A stretch of DNA of 64,000 bases from Octopus sinensis (Eukaryota). The stretch covers positions 15,562,001-15,626,000 of the forward strand of contig NC_042998.1 of the NCBI RefSeq assembly GCF_006345805.1. The letters run 5' to 3'. Shown here piece by piece: positions 25,651-37,954 of the stretch. A model generated the notes under the pieces. That model had not been told where the DNA came from. It was given only the letters and a program-made list of their open reading frames with translations, and did not search any database. Every line of letters starts with the position of its first letter. Within the stretch, counting starts at the first letter, position 1. A program made the position numbers and the translations under genes.

Positions 25651-28600
25651 ATATTATACACAGAAGTCAGAGATCAGTAAAGAAGTGTAGTTGTGCAATC
25701 AGCGTTCTTAAATTCCTTTCAAAGTGCAAAAAATGGCATTATCGTGTAGGATTAGAGACTATTCCTACCACTTAGAGATGCAACATTTTCGGCAAACCTG
25801 TAATAATACAAAGTATGATCAATGTTTGTTCCAGGAGGGTTTAATTAATTTCAATACTTCTGAAGGATTATTTGATCCTGTCACACTTCGTGAATGCCCA
25901 TCGTTTTTGCTAGTTGCCTTGCAAGCTGTTTCCAAATTTAAAATTTGTTCAATTTCGTCAACTTGTGGTGGTGAACTTCACTTTCATGTTCAGATATTTA
26001 TTTCATCAAGTTCTTCATTGTGGGCATTCTCGTTTCATACACAATTGTTGGTGTCTAGTTAGGTTTCCCACATTTTAATCTGTTTGCAATCCTATAGTTT
26101 GAAATGCAAGTTGTTAAGTTTACTTCAATATTTGTTGAATATTTTCACTATACTCATGCGAAGAGATTTGTAAAATCAACAAAGGAAAACAAAAGCGGGA
26201 AGCATCAACAAAACCCCTTCACCTTCACCTCGTGCTGCTACTACTACTACTACTACTACTACTACTTAAGAACCAGCATGTGATCTACGTAATCGGTCTT
26301 TGTGAAACAGCAGCAATGAAACAAGATTCCACTCTATTCTATAAGTATAAGAAAAAGTTCCGTTGTATCATGTAGTCCTAGATACACGATGCCAAATAAA
26401 ATCTATGCAATGGTCATACCCAACTCTTTTTGTTCATAGTTCTGCTTAGTCATAGTCGACTTGAAGCTAAAGAACAAAATAAGATCTACTCTATTTACGG
26501 TTGATTATAATTATCATTTGAAAGAGTGTTTAGACATAATATTTGAAATGCAACAGTGAAGTCAGTGTCATAAACTGATAAACTCCACTAGTGACATCAG
26601 GTCTAATTAACTAACATCTGAAGTCACACCAATTAGATTTTATTGATTCCGGTGCATTGTGTAATGTTACTAATAGAGGACTATATGATAAAGATTTAAT
26701 CTCATTGATAATCAACCAGTTTTATGGCTCTTACTTAAAAGATGCCATTCTCAAGTGTTTGGACCAAACAATGGTTTTATGGCAACTTAATATTTCAAAA
26801 TATTATATTTGATATTCATCAGCTATACTATTAATTTTCAAGGCATAAACCATAGTCCATCGATAATATCGTTGGACATATGAATCAAATATTTCTTATA
26901 CACGCCTAAACAAATCAAGCACGTTTTGATAAAAAATAGTTTGTAGTTTGAAGTAAGTAAGTTGCCAAACAGTTTTTTTTTATTAGATTTTATGTTTAAA
27001 CCAGAAAACATATACTACCTAGACATATTTGCTTACTGAAATTGATTCGGTTTCAAAATAACGCGTCCTTGGAGATTATGGGAAACTAACATAAGAAAAT
27101 AATTCCTATATAAGTTATCTTGGTGCTATAATGTTAAATATATCAGCCATATGGTGTGTATATTATTAATTCTGTTTGTATATTGATTTTCTTCTATAAT
27201 CAGAAGAAACTTAGAAAAAAAAATCTAAAATCAAATTTGTACATATAAAGTAAACATTTGCAGACTGCTTGGCTTATTATATGAAGACATGAAAGGCAGT
27301 TATATACCAACAACACCAGTGACAGCAGCAGTAGTATCAGCTATAACAACTCATATAAATACAAAAAAACTACAACGTTAATTTCATCTAAACCTAAGAT
27401 TAGACGTTTTCTTTAGTAGCTTGTGACAAAGCAGAACTGAAGGAATTGTCAAGAATGGTGATTGAAATCAATACAATGGTGACAGGAAGCAGTATAAACT
27501 CGAAGTGAATAAGTAAACATTGTTGAGATAAGGGACCGAAGCGAATATTAAGGAAATTTTCAATTTGACGAAAGAGAGATATATGATGTTTAATCGTAGA
27601 AAAATATGAAAAAAAAAAGCAAATAAACAAACAAACACAAATATTTGTCAAACAAATCGAAACAAGTATGATTACCGTTCATGAAATATTGATGAAAAGA
27701 AAATCGATGTCTATAACTTGTGTGAAACATTGAAGAACAGTCGTTATTTGTCAACTGGTTATCTTACCCAATTAGTTGAACTATGAGAGAATTTCAAGCT
27801 TTGTAATTTATTTTTTCGATAGTTTTTTTCAGCATAGATCGATTCTAACTCCAGGATATTTTTGTTTACTGATTGATTTTTTCGCCTCATCAGTTTTCGA
27901 TCTTACTAATCAATAAGTAGAAACTGGTGGAACAAAAAAAAAACAGAATTATACTTAGACTGCCACACTGCCCTTCGTTCATACGATAATCTTCTATATA
28001 CAAGAAAATGGGTATTGTGCAGAACGTCGGGGAAACTATATGTACAGCCATATATAGGTCATTACGTCTAATCATAGACCTGAATACCCGGGAGCAATGG
28101 CTGTCGTCAACGGAGGATAAAATAAGATTATACAACATATAATGAGAAATAGCAAATAAAACAGAACCTACAAATGTTAGACTATACAGAGACGAAGAAT
28201 TCAAGGTGTAAATTATTATGGACGTATACGAAAGCAAATTAAGAAATGGGTTAATTAGTATATCGAGGGAATTTATTCTAAAATATACACGAATAATTAA
28301 CCAGAAACTTGGTATATTCCAGAGACATAATTCCCTGTCTAGTGTTTATGTTTTGTAAGCATCGACATTACCATAAACGAAACTGAGAACCGTTACCCAT
28401 TAATGAATATTGTAACCGTGTCACCAAAATATTTAAGCATGTCACAAGCAATAACTGTACAGGCATTTCCTCGCTATATGCATGTAAAACAATATTACAT
28501 ATCGTATATTATTTTAGTTCGTTAGCAAGAAATAATGTCAATGTCGTGCAATTTAAATGAAACAGTCATAACCTAGCATGGCTCTATACAGATACAGTAT

Positions 28601-28996
28601 GAAACAGATGTATGCAGTAATTTCTTCCATATCGTCAAAATATATCCAAACGCCTTCAATGACTGTTTCTCTGTCAAAATTCTATAATAGGCTTAGTATT
28701 GATCTTGCTTTGGTTATCTTTGATTATTCTTGTAAGGTAGGGTCACGTATTTCTAACATTGACGAAAAATCCAAAAGAATATACGATCATCCTTGTACAA
28801 ATATGACTGAAGAAACTGAAGTAACAGTACCTTTTACAATAAAGCATGTTCAAAGTGCTTGCTTCGAGAGACATTACAGGAGCTACATATGTATTGTACA
28901 CACACACACACACACACACACATTTATATATATATATATATATATTAGCAATAATAAATCTCTGAACGAGATGTAAAAAGTAACCGCTCGACAACG

Positions 28997-29326
28997 TAAA
29001 GTATACTAGCCATCTCAATATGGCTAACCAGTAAGGGTGCGTGTTGCTGTAGCTTTTAGCCCCAGGAGATCATCGTCTCCAGCTGGCTTTAGTCACAATT
29101 TCTGTGCCCTTATGGTATTTGCAAAGGGAGGTCATCCATTTTACTTAGGTTTACTAGGTTTACTTAGGTTTACGAGAGAGGGATGACCTCCCTTTGCAAA
29201 TATCATAAGAGCACAGAAAGTGTGCCTAAAGCCAGCGGGAGACGATGATCTCCTGGGGGGGCTAAAAGCAACAGTAACACCCCCCTCCTTAGTGGTTAGC
29301 CATATTGAGATGGCTAGTATACTTTA
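28997..29326. mobile_element. Foldback/MITE-like palindromic element, about 140-bp arms and 43-bp loop
   Basis: 28997-29137 is the imperfect reverse complement of 29181-29326; loop contains (TTACTTAGGT)x3. Confidence 0.85.
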
Positions 29327-29352
29327 TATATATTATATATACGTTATATATA

Positions 29353-30575
29353 TTAGGTTGTCAAGAAAGTTCTTGGGATGTTTAGCTTTTAAATTCAGAT
29401 GCACATATCTCGGCTCAAAGAAAACTTTATTAATCGAAATAGACATCATCAGCAGCAGCGTAAACATCCTGCGTTCTGGTGTCGCTTAAGTCGTTGAAGG
29501 CGTCTTTAGCTTCGTCATGGTTTTTTAAAGCATTTCTCACGCAGGAAGTTGTCGAGATGCTTGAAAAAGCGGTAGTCGGTAGGGGAGAGGTCTGCTGAAT
29601 ATGGCGGATGAGGTAGAGTTTCGTTCAATTTCTGCAGTGTCAGTTTGTGACGTGCGGCCGAGCGTTGTGTTGGAGAAGAATCGGTCGTTTTCTATTGACC
29701 AATGCTGGCTGTTGTTTTAGGGGTTTCTTATGCATTTTATCCATTTGCTGACAGTACTTCTCCACCGTAATGGTTTCGCCTGGATCGAAAAAGCTGTGTT
29801 GGATGAAGCCGGCCGCAGACCACCAAACTGACATCATGGCCTTCTTTTGGTGCAAGTTTGGCTTCGGTAAGTGCCATGGAGCTTTGTCAGCGTCCAACCA
29901 TTTAGCTTAGCGTCACCACTTGTCGTAAAGAATCCTCTTTTCATCGCAAGTCACAATCGGGTCGAGAACCTAGTCGCTCTTGTTGCGTAAAAGAAGAGAA
30001 GACGACACATCAAAACGATGTTTGTTTTTTGGGGTTGTCGTTTAAATCGTGCGGCACCCATTTCTCAAGTATTTTTGTTTTTCCAAACTCTTTCAAGTGG
30101 TTGGAAATTGTATACGTTACGTCTAATTCAGAAGCAAGCTCTCAAGCAGTGGTACGTTGAAAGGCTTCGATTAAGGCTCTTAGTTGAAAGTCGTCAAAAT
30201 CCGATGGTCGACCACTACGCTTATCATCTTCAAAACTCTCGTCGCCGCTACGAAGGTTCTTGACTCCCCATTGTGCTGTACGTTCATTGGGGGTTCCTGG
30301 ACCAAACGCATCGTTGATATTGCGAGCTGTTTCAACGGCTTTTCGGCCTAGCTTTAATTGTAATAAGAAAATTGTGCCAATTTGCTTTTTCTCCATGTTG
30401 GAGACAACGTTCCGGAAACACAAAATGGCCTACTTATTGAAAAAGAAAACGAGTAACACGATTAGATAGAGGGGAAAACGGTCTTTAAAATGATAAATAA
30501 GGTCAAAGTAATTTAGCGAAAATTCATTTGAGCATACATCAATCAAAATCAAACTTGAAAATTTTGACAACCTAA
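29353..30575 (-). mobile_element. Mariner, Hsmar1-like (cecropia-type), decayed but full length
   Basis: TA-flanked TIRs TTAGGTTGTCAA/TTGACAACCTAA; MEKKQIGTIFLLQLKLGRKAVETARNINDAFGPGT, PKPNLHQKKAMMSVWWSAAG, PILLQHNARPHV. Confidence 0.93.
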
Positions 30576-31520
30576 TATAATAATTTTTAGTAAACCTAAA
30601 GCTTGTGATACACAATACACACATCCATTCAGATAGAGAAGCAGAGATAATATACATTCGATATGGAAAGATGAGGAAATGATAACCGTTTAAGTAAAGA
30701 AAGCATAACAGCAAATCTAAGAAACTATATCATCTGAGGTCTTACAACAGGCTGAATTGCCTTTTGTAGTTGATACGTAGATGAGTAATCTTTTCTTCTT
30801 TGCATAAAAGAAAATTCGTATTGCAGTTGTTGAATCAAATTTCTCTGTTTCCAGGTCAAACTTGAAACCGTTGATTTTGAAACAACTATGAAATAAGAGA
30901 TTGGATGTCGCGATATGACAAGTTCATTAATCACCTCAAGACTTCGTTCATTCTTCCTTTTACAGCTGAATATATATGTAAGAGCCACACATGAAGCTAG
31001 TGTTTTCCCTGTCCAAAACTTTTACTAAACAGTAAAATCTTTGGAAGGGAAAACACGAGCGAGCATTAGTGCCATTTACTATGTTAATATTGATAGAGTT
31101 TCTGATCTATCGCCTAATGCCAAATACATGTTCAATGCAGGCAACATGATTTTCTTTTTCAAATAACCAACTTCTCAACTAAGTCACTTCCCTTCAACTA
31201 ACAATTTCTAAAAGCAGTAATATATTTATCCATGGAATGCTGCAAGTGACACGTATGTTACTGATTATTGCTAACTCGTAGCTTAAATACCGGCCAATAA
31301 AAAGCGTTCTGACCTAGTCAATGCATGCGCAATAGAGGCTGCGTATGGATTTTAACCGGTAATCAACCACAATCTGCGCCTAATGATGCAGAAACTCCGA
31401 ACAGCGCTACAGATGTTCCCCAAATATTCCAAAAGATATACTCCAAAAATTTGTATTAGGTATTTTCATTCCGTTTGTTATAATCAGTATCATATATATA
31501 TATAATATATATATATATAT

Positions 31521-31950
31521 ACACAAATATGAGAGAGAATCCACTATGTGGACGCTCTTACGCTAGATATAGATCCGCAATTGGACTCAACCACTAAGAA
31601 TTGTTCTCAAGAAAAAAATTCTAGTACACAAAGAACGTAGGCAGGCAGGACAAATGAAAAAGTAACAAAAATATAGATTAACTCCACACAATTGTTTCAC
31701 TGTTAATAAATTATGCAATTCAACTTACATAACTATCCTCAGATCATCAGTGGAGTACGTCAAAATATAATTTGTTGAACTGAACGCTATATATTAACAC
31801 GAGGTCAGAGACACGAGCGTCCACATAGTGGATTCTCTCTCATATTTGTGTATTAATAATATTTACTGAATCTTAGTCTTTTATACGCTAGGCCACTGGT
31901 GTTTAAATTAATGTTATTAAATTAATATCCAATTTTTTCACCCTCATTTC
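31521..31950 (-). mobile_element. Non-autonomous element with 37-bp perfect inverted repeats enclosing a hammerhead fold
   Basis: 31521-31557 is the reverse complement of 31815-31851; family relative at 62638-62896 shares the right flank. Confidence 0.8.
31681..31756 (-). ncRNA. Type I hammerhead ribozyme fold, degenerate at 10.1/11.1 and position 17
   Basis: Minus strand ACTCCA-CTGATGA-[long irregular stem II]-GAAAC-AATT-GTG-TGGAGT; 6-bp stem I and palindromic AATT loop. Confidence 0.65.
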
Positions 31951-31956
31951 GACTTT

Positions 31957-32120
31957 GAGTGGCTGTGTGGTAAGTAGTTTGCTAACCAACCACATGGCTC
32001 TGGGTTCAATCCCACTGCGTGGCATCTTGGGCAAGTGTCTTCTGCTATATCCCCGGGCCGACCAATGCCTTGTGAGTGGATTTGGTAGACGGAAACTGAA
32101 AGAAGCCTGTCGTATATATG

Positions 32121-32151
<31 letters not shown>

Positions 32152-32374
32152 TTGTGTGTCTGTGTTTGTCCCCCCAGCATTGCTTGACAACCGATGCTGG
32201 TGTGTGTTTATGTCCCCATCACTTAGCGGTTCGGCAAAAGAGACCGATCGAATAAGTACTGGGCTTACAAAGAATAAGTCCCGGGGTCGATTTGCTCGAC
32301 TAAAGGTGGTGCTCCAGCATGACCGCAGTCAAATGACTGAAACAAGTAAAAAAGTAAAGTAAAAAGTAAAAAGT
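31957..32374 (+). mobile_element. SINE family A, head slightly truncated
   Basis: GAGTGGCTGTGTGG..GGTTCAATCCC; tail GACTGAAACAAGTAAAAAAGTAAAG. Confidence 0.93.
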
Positions 32375-32668
32375 ATATATATATATTGATAAACGTTTCA
32401 ACCACATGTATGTATCGTGTTACAATTAGTTTCGCGTACGTGCGTACGTTCAACAGGCGCCAATCGCAATTCGCATCTGATGAACTTACGCATGTACGGG
32501 ACACAATTTGTAACGCGATTAGTGCATATAGGTGAAACTTTTAGTAAGACTGGTCTCTCCTTGGATGGCATATACTCAGTATTGTCTTTCACGCAATTAG
32601 TTTCTGTGTTATATATATATATATATATATATTAGAGGAGGCTCTTAGTAATAACAGTGTAGCAAAAC

Positions 32669-32706
32669 GGCGGTGCATCAGCATGGCCGCAGTTCTGAGC
32701 TGAAAC
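32669..32706 (+). mobile_element. Isolated SINE/LINE 3' tail fragment
   Basis: GGCGGTGCATCAGCATGGCCGCAGTTCTGAGCTGAAAC. Confidence 0.7.
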
Positions 32707-32934
32707 TAGAGAGAAATATATATATATATCGAAGTTATTCCACCAAATGTTGAATAATAGCATAGTGAGTTTTATATAGATCATTCGTAAGTAGTTTTAT
32801 ACATCATTGAATTAATCGAAAAATTTTATGTAAAATTATTAATAAACTTTATCACAGTTTATCAAAAGAGGAAAACATTCTGACATTGTTATAACGTGTA
32901 AAAGGTCAATATTTATGGGAAGAATAAGATGAAG

Positions 32935-33240
32935 TGTTACAGTATATATTTTGAAGTTAAACATCCTCCCGAAGAACCTGAGAGACCTGCATGGGGTGGA
33001 TACAGATGTCTTTAAAATGAAGCTGGATCTCTTCCTGTCAGGTGTCCCAGATGAACCAACTTCACGGCAGGAGGGGCAGATGAGGGCAGCTGCATCGAAC
33101 TCTCTCATGCACCAAATAGCAGCTGCTAGAAAGCCTTCATGAAGTGAAACCAAGTAGCAACACCAAATGGCGGTGCCCCAGCATGGCCACAGCTCATAAG
33201 CTGAAACTGGAAAAAATCAAAAAAAAATCAAATCAAAATC
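32935..33240 (+). mobile_element. 5'-truncated CR1/L2-type LINE 3' end
   Basis: ORF 32951-33142 NILPKNLRDL..FKMKLDLFLSGVPDEP..SNSL is a typical post-RT C-terminus; 3' UTR carries the shared tail motif. Confidence 0.8.
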
Positions 33241-34249
33241 ATTCGAGATGTAAAGCGTTTCTTATTAGTTGCTGATTGGAGTGTATAACTGGTTATATAA
33301 ATGTACTGCATTGCAAGTCATGCAGACGTTTCAATATCTTCACATTTTCCTTTTAGATGTTGAAGGGGGATTATTTTGTTTCTCTTACTCGATTTTCTAG
33401 AAATATTCACAAACATGCACAGGTAATTTACCCAGTCCTTGACATTTCATACAAGAACTATGGAATCCGATTTTAAAGAATCCTTTCAGAACACATTGAT
33501 TGTGCGTCTCTAAAATATTTTACCTACGCACTATTGTTGATATCACTGTTTGTACTTTTGTCTAATATCATATGTCAATAATTGCATGAAGGTACTTTCT
33601 TCACGTTCCTGTTTAACTGTGGCTTAATTTTGCTTTCACTTACCATACTAATTTTTATATTCTCATCTTATTTACTTAAAACAATACTTCAAGTAATATT
33701 TAAATCAATAGTAAAAGCTGTTACATGCTCACGAGAAATGCTTACAATGTGAATGTCTAACGATTTTGCAGATGTAAATCATGTAAAATAACCTAAATAT
33801 GTCAGTCAACATCATGCGGCAAGCTAGAAAACAAATCGATTCTGCTACAAAGTATGGCACCCGAAGACAAAAATTATCGTATTATCTAAAAATTATAGAG
33901 CGGATTAAAATGCTTAAGTTAATATTACATCAAAATATTCTTAAGTGTATCACATTTATTTTATAACAGTATAGTTGCATCTGTTAATATTTATTCCTGT
34001 AAAGAATATTATAGACATAAATATTTCATTTAACTCCAGGAAGTCGACTACAATTTAGAAATATTACCATACATAAAGGTGAAGCATTCTGCTATCATCA
34101 ATGAATTACGCTGTATTGATAAATATATGCATGTATTCTTTATGTGTACGTAAATATTTTGTGTGAGGGCGGGTGACAGATGGAGCTCATTAGCCGTGGT
34201 GAAAGCAACTCTTCTAAGAGAGGGACACTCTGACATAAAACTAGGTCAT

Positions 34250-36400
34250 AATAATGACAGACCCTTTACTGACTGTTGATGGGTGAGATTGGGCTCCTGT
34301 TTTCAAACGAAGCCGTGATTTGGACAACCAGAATAAAGCTCTGAATTGACATTGGCTTTCAGTATCCTTTTCGGGAAAAGCCTAAGAGAAGGTACTCCGA
34401 TATAAAACCTGCAGTCATTTTGCTTTGCTTGTGACTGGAATCTACTATTTTGACCCAGAGAGTGGCAAAAGTGATGTACAAGCGTTTGTCACTGAAATTT
34501 AATGAAATGCAGATGTCCTCGATAAAACACCATCAACGTACAATCATCACTTTTGAAAAGTCCTATGGTGATAGAGACATGGCGACGGACACTTATTAGG
34601 TATCTCGTCGTAGTTTCATATTCTTGGATAGCAAACGTATACTCCTATGAGATATAGCGGTCACGAGTCCAAGAAAGGTTCTACTTCATGTCACTATTGC
34701 AGTCTTCAAGTCTTTCGGAAAATGTACCCATGCGTAGTCTAGTTTGGAGGGTCGAGCGTTTCACATCCATATCTTTTAGCAGTATGTATCACGATGAGTG
34801 TGCTTCCCGAGGCTCTCATTGCCGGAAAATAGGCAAAGGTTATCTTAGCTTCTCAGCACTAGAATTTGTTCTTTGCTGAAATTGTTTAGCAGGTGCTGTC
34901 TGATTAATACTAAACGATATTCGAAGGCTGTCTGCATTGACATAAGCCTCTACCTCATTGACCTCTTTTTACACAGACTTGTTTCTGTAGAGGTTTCCAA
35001 TTTATGAAATGATACAGGGGGGTTTAATTCTTTCTGGGATACAGTGTTGTTCGGCAACCATATTTTTCTAAGTCCTGTATATTATTCCCCTGTCATTCTA
35101 TCTTTAGTCACAACACCTACGTATGATATTGTTTCATCAATACCCAGGTATTTGTAGCGTTCTTTGTGGGGAACAGAAGAGATAGTGAGACCATTGAGGC
35201 ACAGGTTTCGAGTCAAAGGGAATAGTTTTTCACGTTCAGCAATCAAATATTAACATTTATTTTGGCCAAATTCTATTCCTCTGTAAGATGGAAAGGTTAT
35301 TTACTAGAGCATTTGGCGTCATTAGTAATTTTAGCATAAAATTTTAGATTATCAACAAAGAAATTATGAGTTACATAAATAACTCTAGCTGCTGAAGATC
35401 ATAGCATGTAGCCATTTCCTTTTTGTAGTTACAATGATAATCCATTTAATGCGCAAAATATACAGAATAACACTATCTCTTTCGAATACTTCCTTTAAAA
35501 TATTTGACAATGGAGACGTTTATACATCATTTAGTTACAAGTGTGGGAGTTGTTGTTCATGTCTTTGTGAGCCTCTCAACGGTAGCATCTATAGTTGCAG
35601 GTATAGTTTCCAAATGTAGACACTTGAGCAACTATGAGTGGGGAATAGAATCAAACACTTACCTATTATCCAACGATTATATTCTCGCAAAGTTTCGGCG
35701 ATGTTTTCCTACTTCAGACAGTACAGGTTTCTTTATCAAAAGTTGTTCTTTGCACCTGCCTGTTTATTAGACAATATGTTGCTGGATTTCTTATTATCCT
35801 GGTGGAATTATTTGAGCTATCTTGTGTACAGTTTGTTCATAATGTTTAGGCAAAAAGGCGAATCGTGTTCTGTCAACTCTTTGGTGCTATAGCAATCCAA
35901 TTGTATGTCACTATGACGTTCTGTATTCCTGCTGGATATAGATATCAACAGTTTTCTGTAAAATGTCAGCTTCTTGTACTAATATGCTGCAATTGCCAGA
36001 ACGAGTTTATTTACAGCATCGAATTGCTTTAGGAACTCCGCTCGTGATAAGATGGTTATCATAGAAGTTTAATCCCGAATGCGTTTCCATAAGCACAAGT
36101 CAGCGGAGTTGGTATCGCTGCGGTCTTAAGTGAGTAAGGGCGTAATAGGCAACACAGATAATAACGAGAGTGGCTTATTTGGATGGCCGATAACTCTTCA
36201 GAATTCATCTACCCTTTGAAATGCCTCGTATAGAATTCTACTGGGTGATTAAATAGCAAAAAGAAAAGCACCTTCCTCACAGAGCTAGCTCTGATAGGGT
36301 AGCCGGATTAGTCACCGATGACCCGACTCCCATCGCACGTGATTAGATGGTTGGCAATAGATAAATAAATAAATAAATAAAGGGAGAAAGATGGAATCCG
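34250..36400 (-). mobile_element. Heavily decayed R4/Dong-type LINE
   Basis: Minus strand GCKEQLLIKK.VLSEVGKHRRN..VFDSIPH, FFVDNLKFYAK (YMDD equivalent) and YKYLGIDE, with many stops. Confidence 0.7.
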
Positions 36401-36629
36401 CGAAACAGAGGTACAGAGAGGGAACACAACGGACCTTAACAATAGTTCAGTTGTAAAAGATGAGAAGCTTAAGCATATTGAAGGGCTGCGTGGGAGTTAC
36501 TGCTGCTTATTACTAGGGTTTTTATTTTACTTCTATTTGGGGACTGTTGCCTCAGGAGGAAACCTTGCGGCAAGTGGCTACGCGCATGAGCTATTTGGTT
36601 CATATGGTGGTGGTTAGGGGGCTTGAGAG

Positions 36630-36670
36630 AGATGTTACGGGATGTTAAGGGATGTTACGGGATGTTACGG
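36630..36670. repeat. 10-bp tandem repeat (GGGATGTTAC)x4
   Basis: Directly visible. Confidence 0.85.
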
Positions 36671-37389
36671 CAGTGAATTCGGATGGAGAAAAAAGTACCG
36701 GTGAATTGTACAGAGAGTGGGGGGGGGGCTAAAATATCTGTATCTAGGGGTGAAAAAGGCAGTAATGTAATGATTCCAGGATGAAATGGGCAGCGTAGAA
36801 TTGTAGAAGTGCGAAATGGGTGCGAATCACGTGTTTCTACTGTGAAGTTTCTTAAATTTGAAAAGAAATTGTTTGATCATTTAAAATTCTATTCTAAATA
36901 CAAAATATTTTCAATTTAAATAAATAATTATTTGAAAGAATTGGAAATGTATTTATTTTCTACTTATTTTCACTTTCAGAAAAAAATAGATGATGTATCA
37001 GACGATTTTTAATTAAGGAAATTATTGAAATGTAGATTTTCTTTCTCAGCAAAGACTTAATAATTAATCTGTTAATATTGTCGAAGCAGAAACGCTTAAT
37101 TAAATATGTTAATATGTTTTATCTTATATTCAACAAATTCGGTATACACTGTACAGTATTTGCATTCAAGATGACTTCACAATAAACATATTTCTTACTG
37201 TATCTTCCCTTCACCAGGTTAAGTCAAAAGTGTTTGCAGATTTTCACAGATGATTTTTGGCATCTTGTATCTCCACGGTTTATCATGAAACTCATACAAC
37301 TAATTGTTCCATGATTGCTGAATTGTTCATTCTTTATTTTGACATATAACATATGAACATTAAATGGCTAATCTTTGTTTTAGAGCTTT

Positions 37390-37921
37390 GAAAATGAGTA
37401 ATGAAAAATTACAATTAGGACTATTTTATGCTACTTGTGGACAGTGCAAGGCCAGTGGCAAAAGAAATTAGTGATGTGTATGGAAAGACCAAGTACTCTC
37501 AACGAACATGAGGCATAAAACTGGTTCAGACGTTTCAAGGAAGATGACACCAGCCTAGAAAGTGCACCGAGGTCATGGGGACCTTGTATCGTAGAAGATG
37601 AGGTGTAGCTTGAAATAGATTAACAACCTAGTATACTTACATTAGCATTCTTACATTATCGGCAGGTTTTAGTCCTTGAAAATACCATGAGTCCACACCT
37701 TTACTCTTTTACTCTTTTACTTGTTTCAGTCATTTGACTGTGGCCATGCTGGAGCACCGCCTTCAGTCGAGCATATCGACCTCGGCACTTATTCTTTGTA
37801 AGCCCAGTACTTATTCTATCGATCACTTTTTGCCGAACCGCAAAGTGACGGGGACGTAAACACACCAGCATCGGTTGTCAAGCGATGGTGGGGGGAGACA
37901 AGCACAGACAAACAAACATAT

Positions 37922-37954
<33 letters not shown>

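Noticed and set aside
27418-27508. Possible terminal exon after TTTTCTTTAG (ACDKAELKELSRMVIEINTMVTGSSINSK*)
   Set aside because: Protein-like but unsupported by homology; a competing ORF lies on the opposite strand.
28578-28976. 132-aa ORF with partly non-repetitive sequence
   Set aside because: No recognisable domain, ends in a microsatellite, no convincing exon structure.
29140-29175. Interstitial telomere
   Set aside because: Repeat is TTACTTAGGT, not tandem TTAGGG or TTAGG.
32325-32350. SINE tail hairpin followed by GAAAC-AA-GTA resembling half a hammerhead
   Set aside because: No core upstream; better explained as a LINE-recognition stem-loop.
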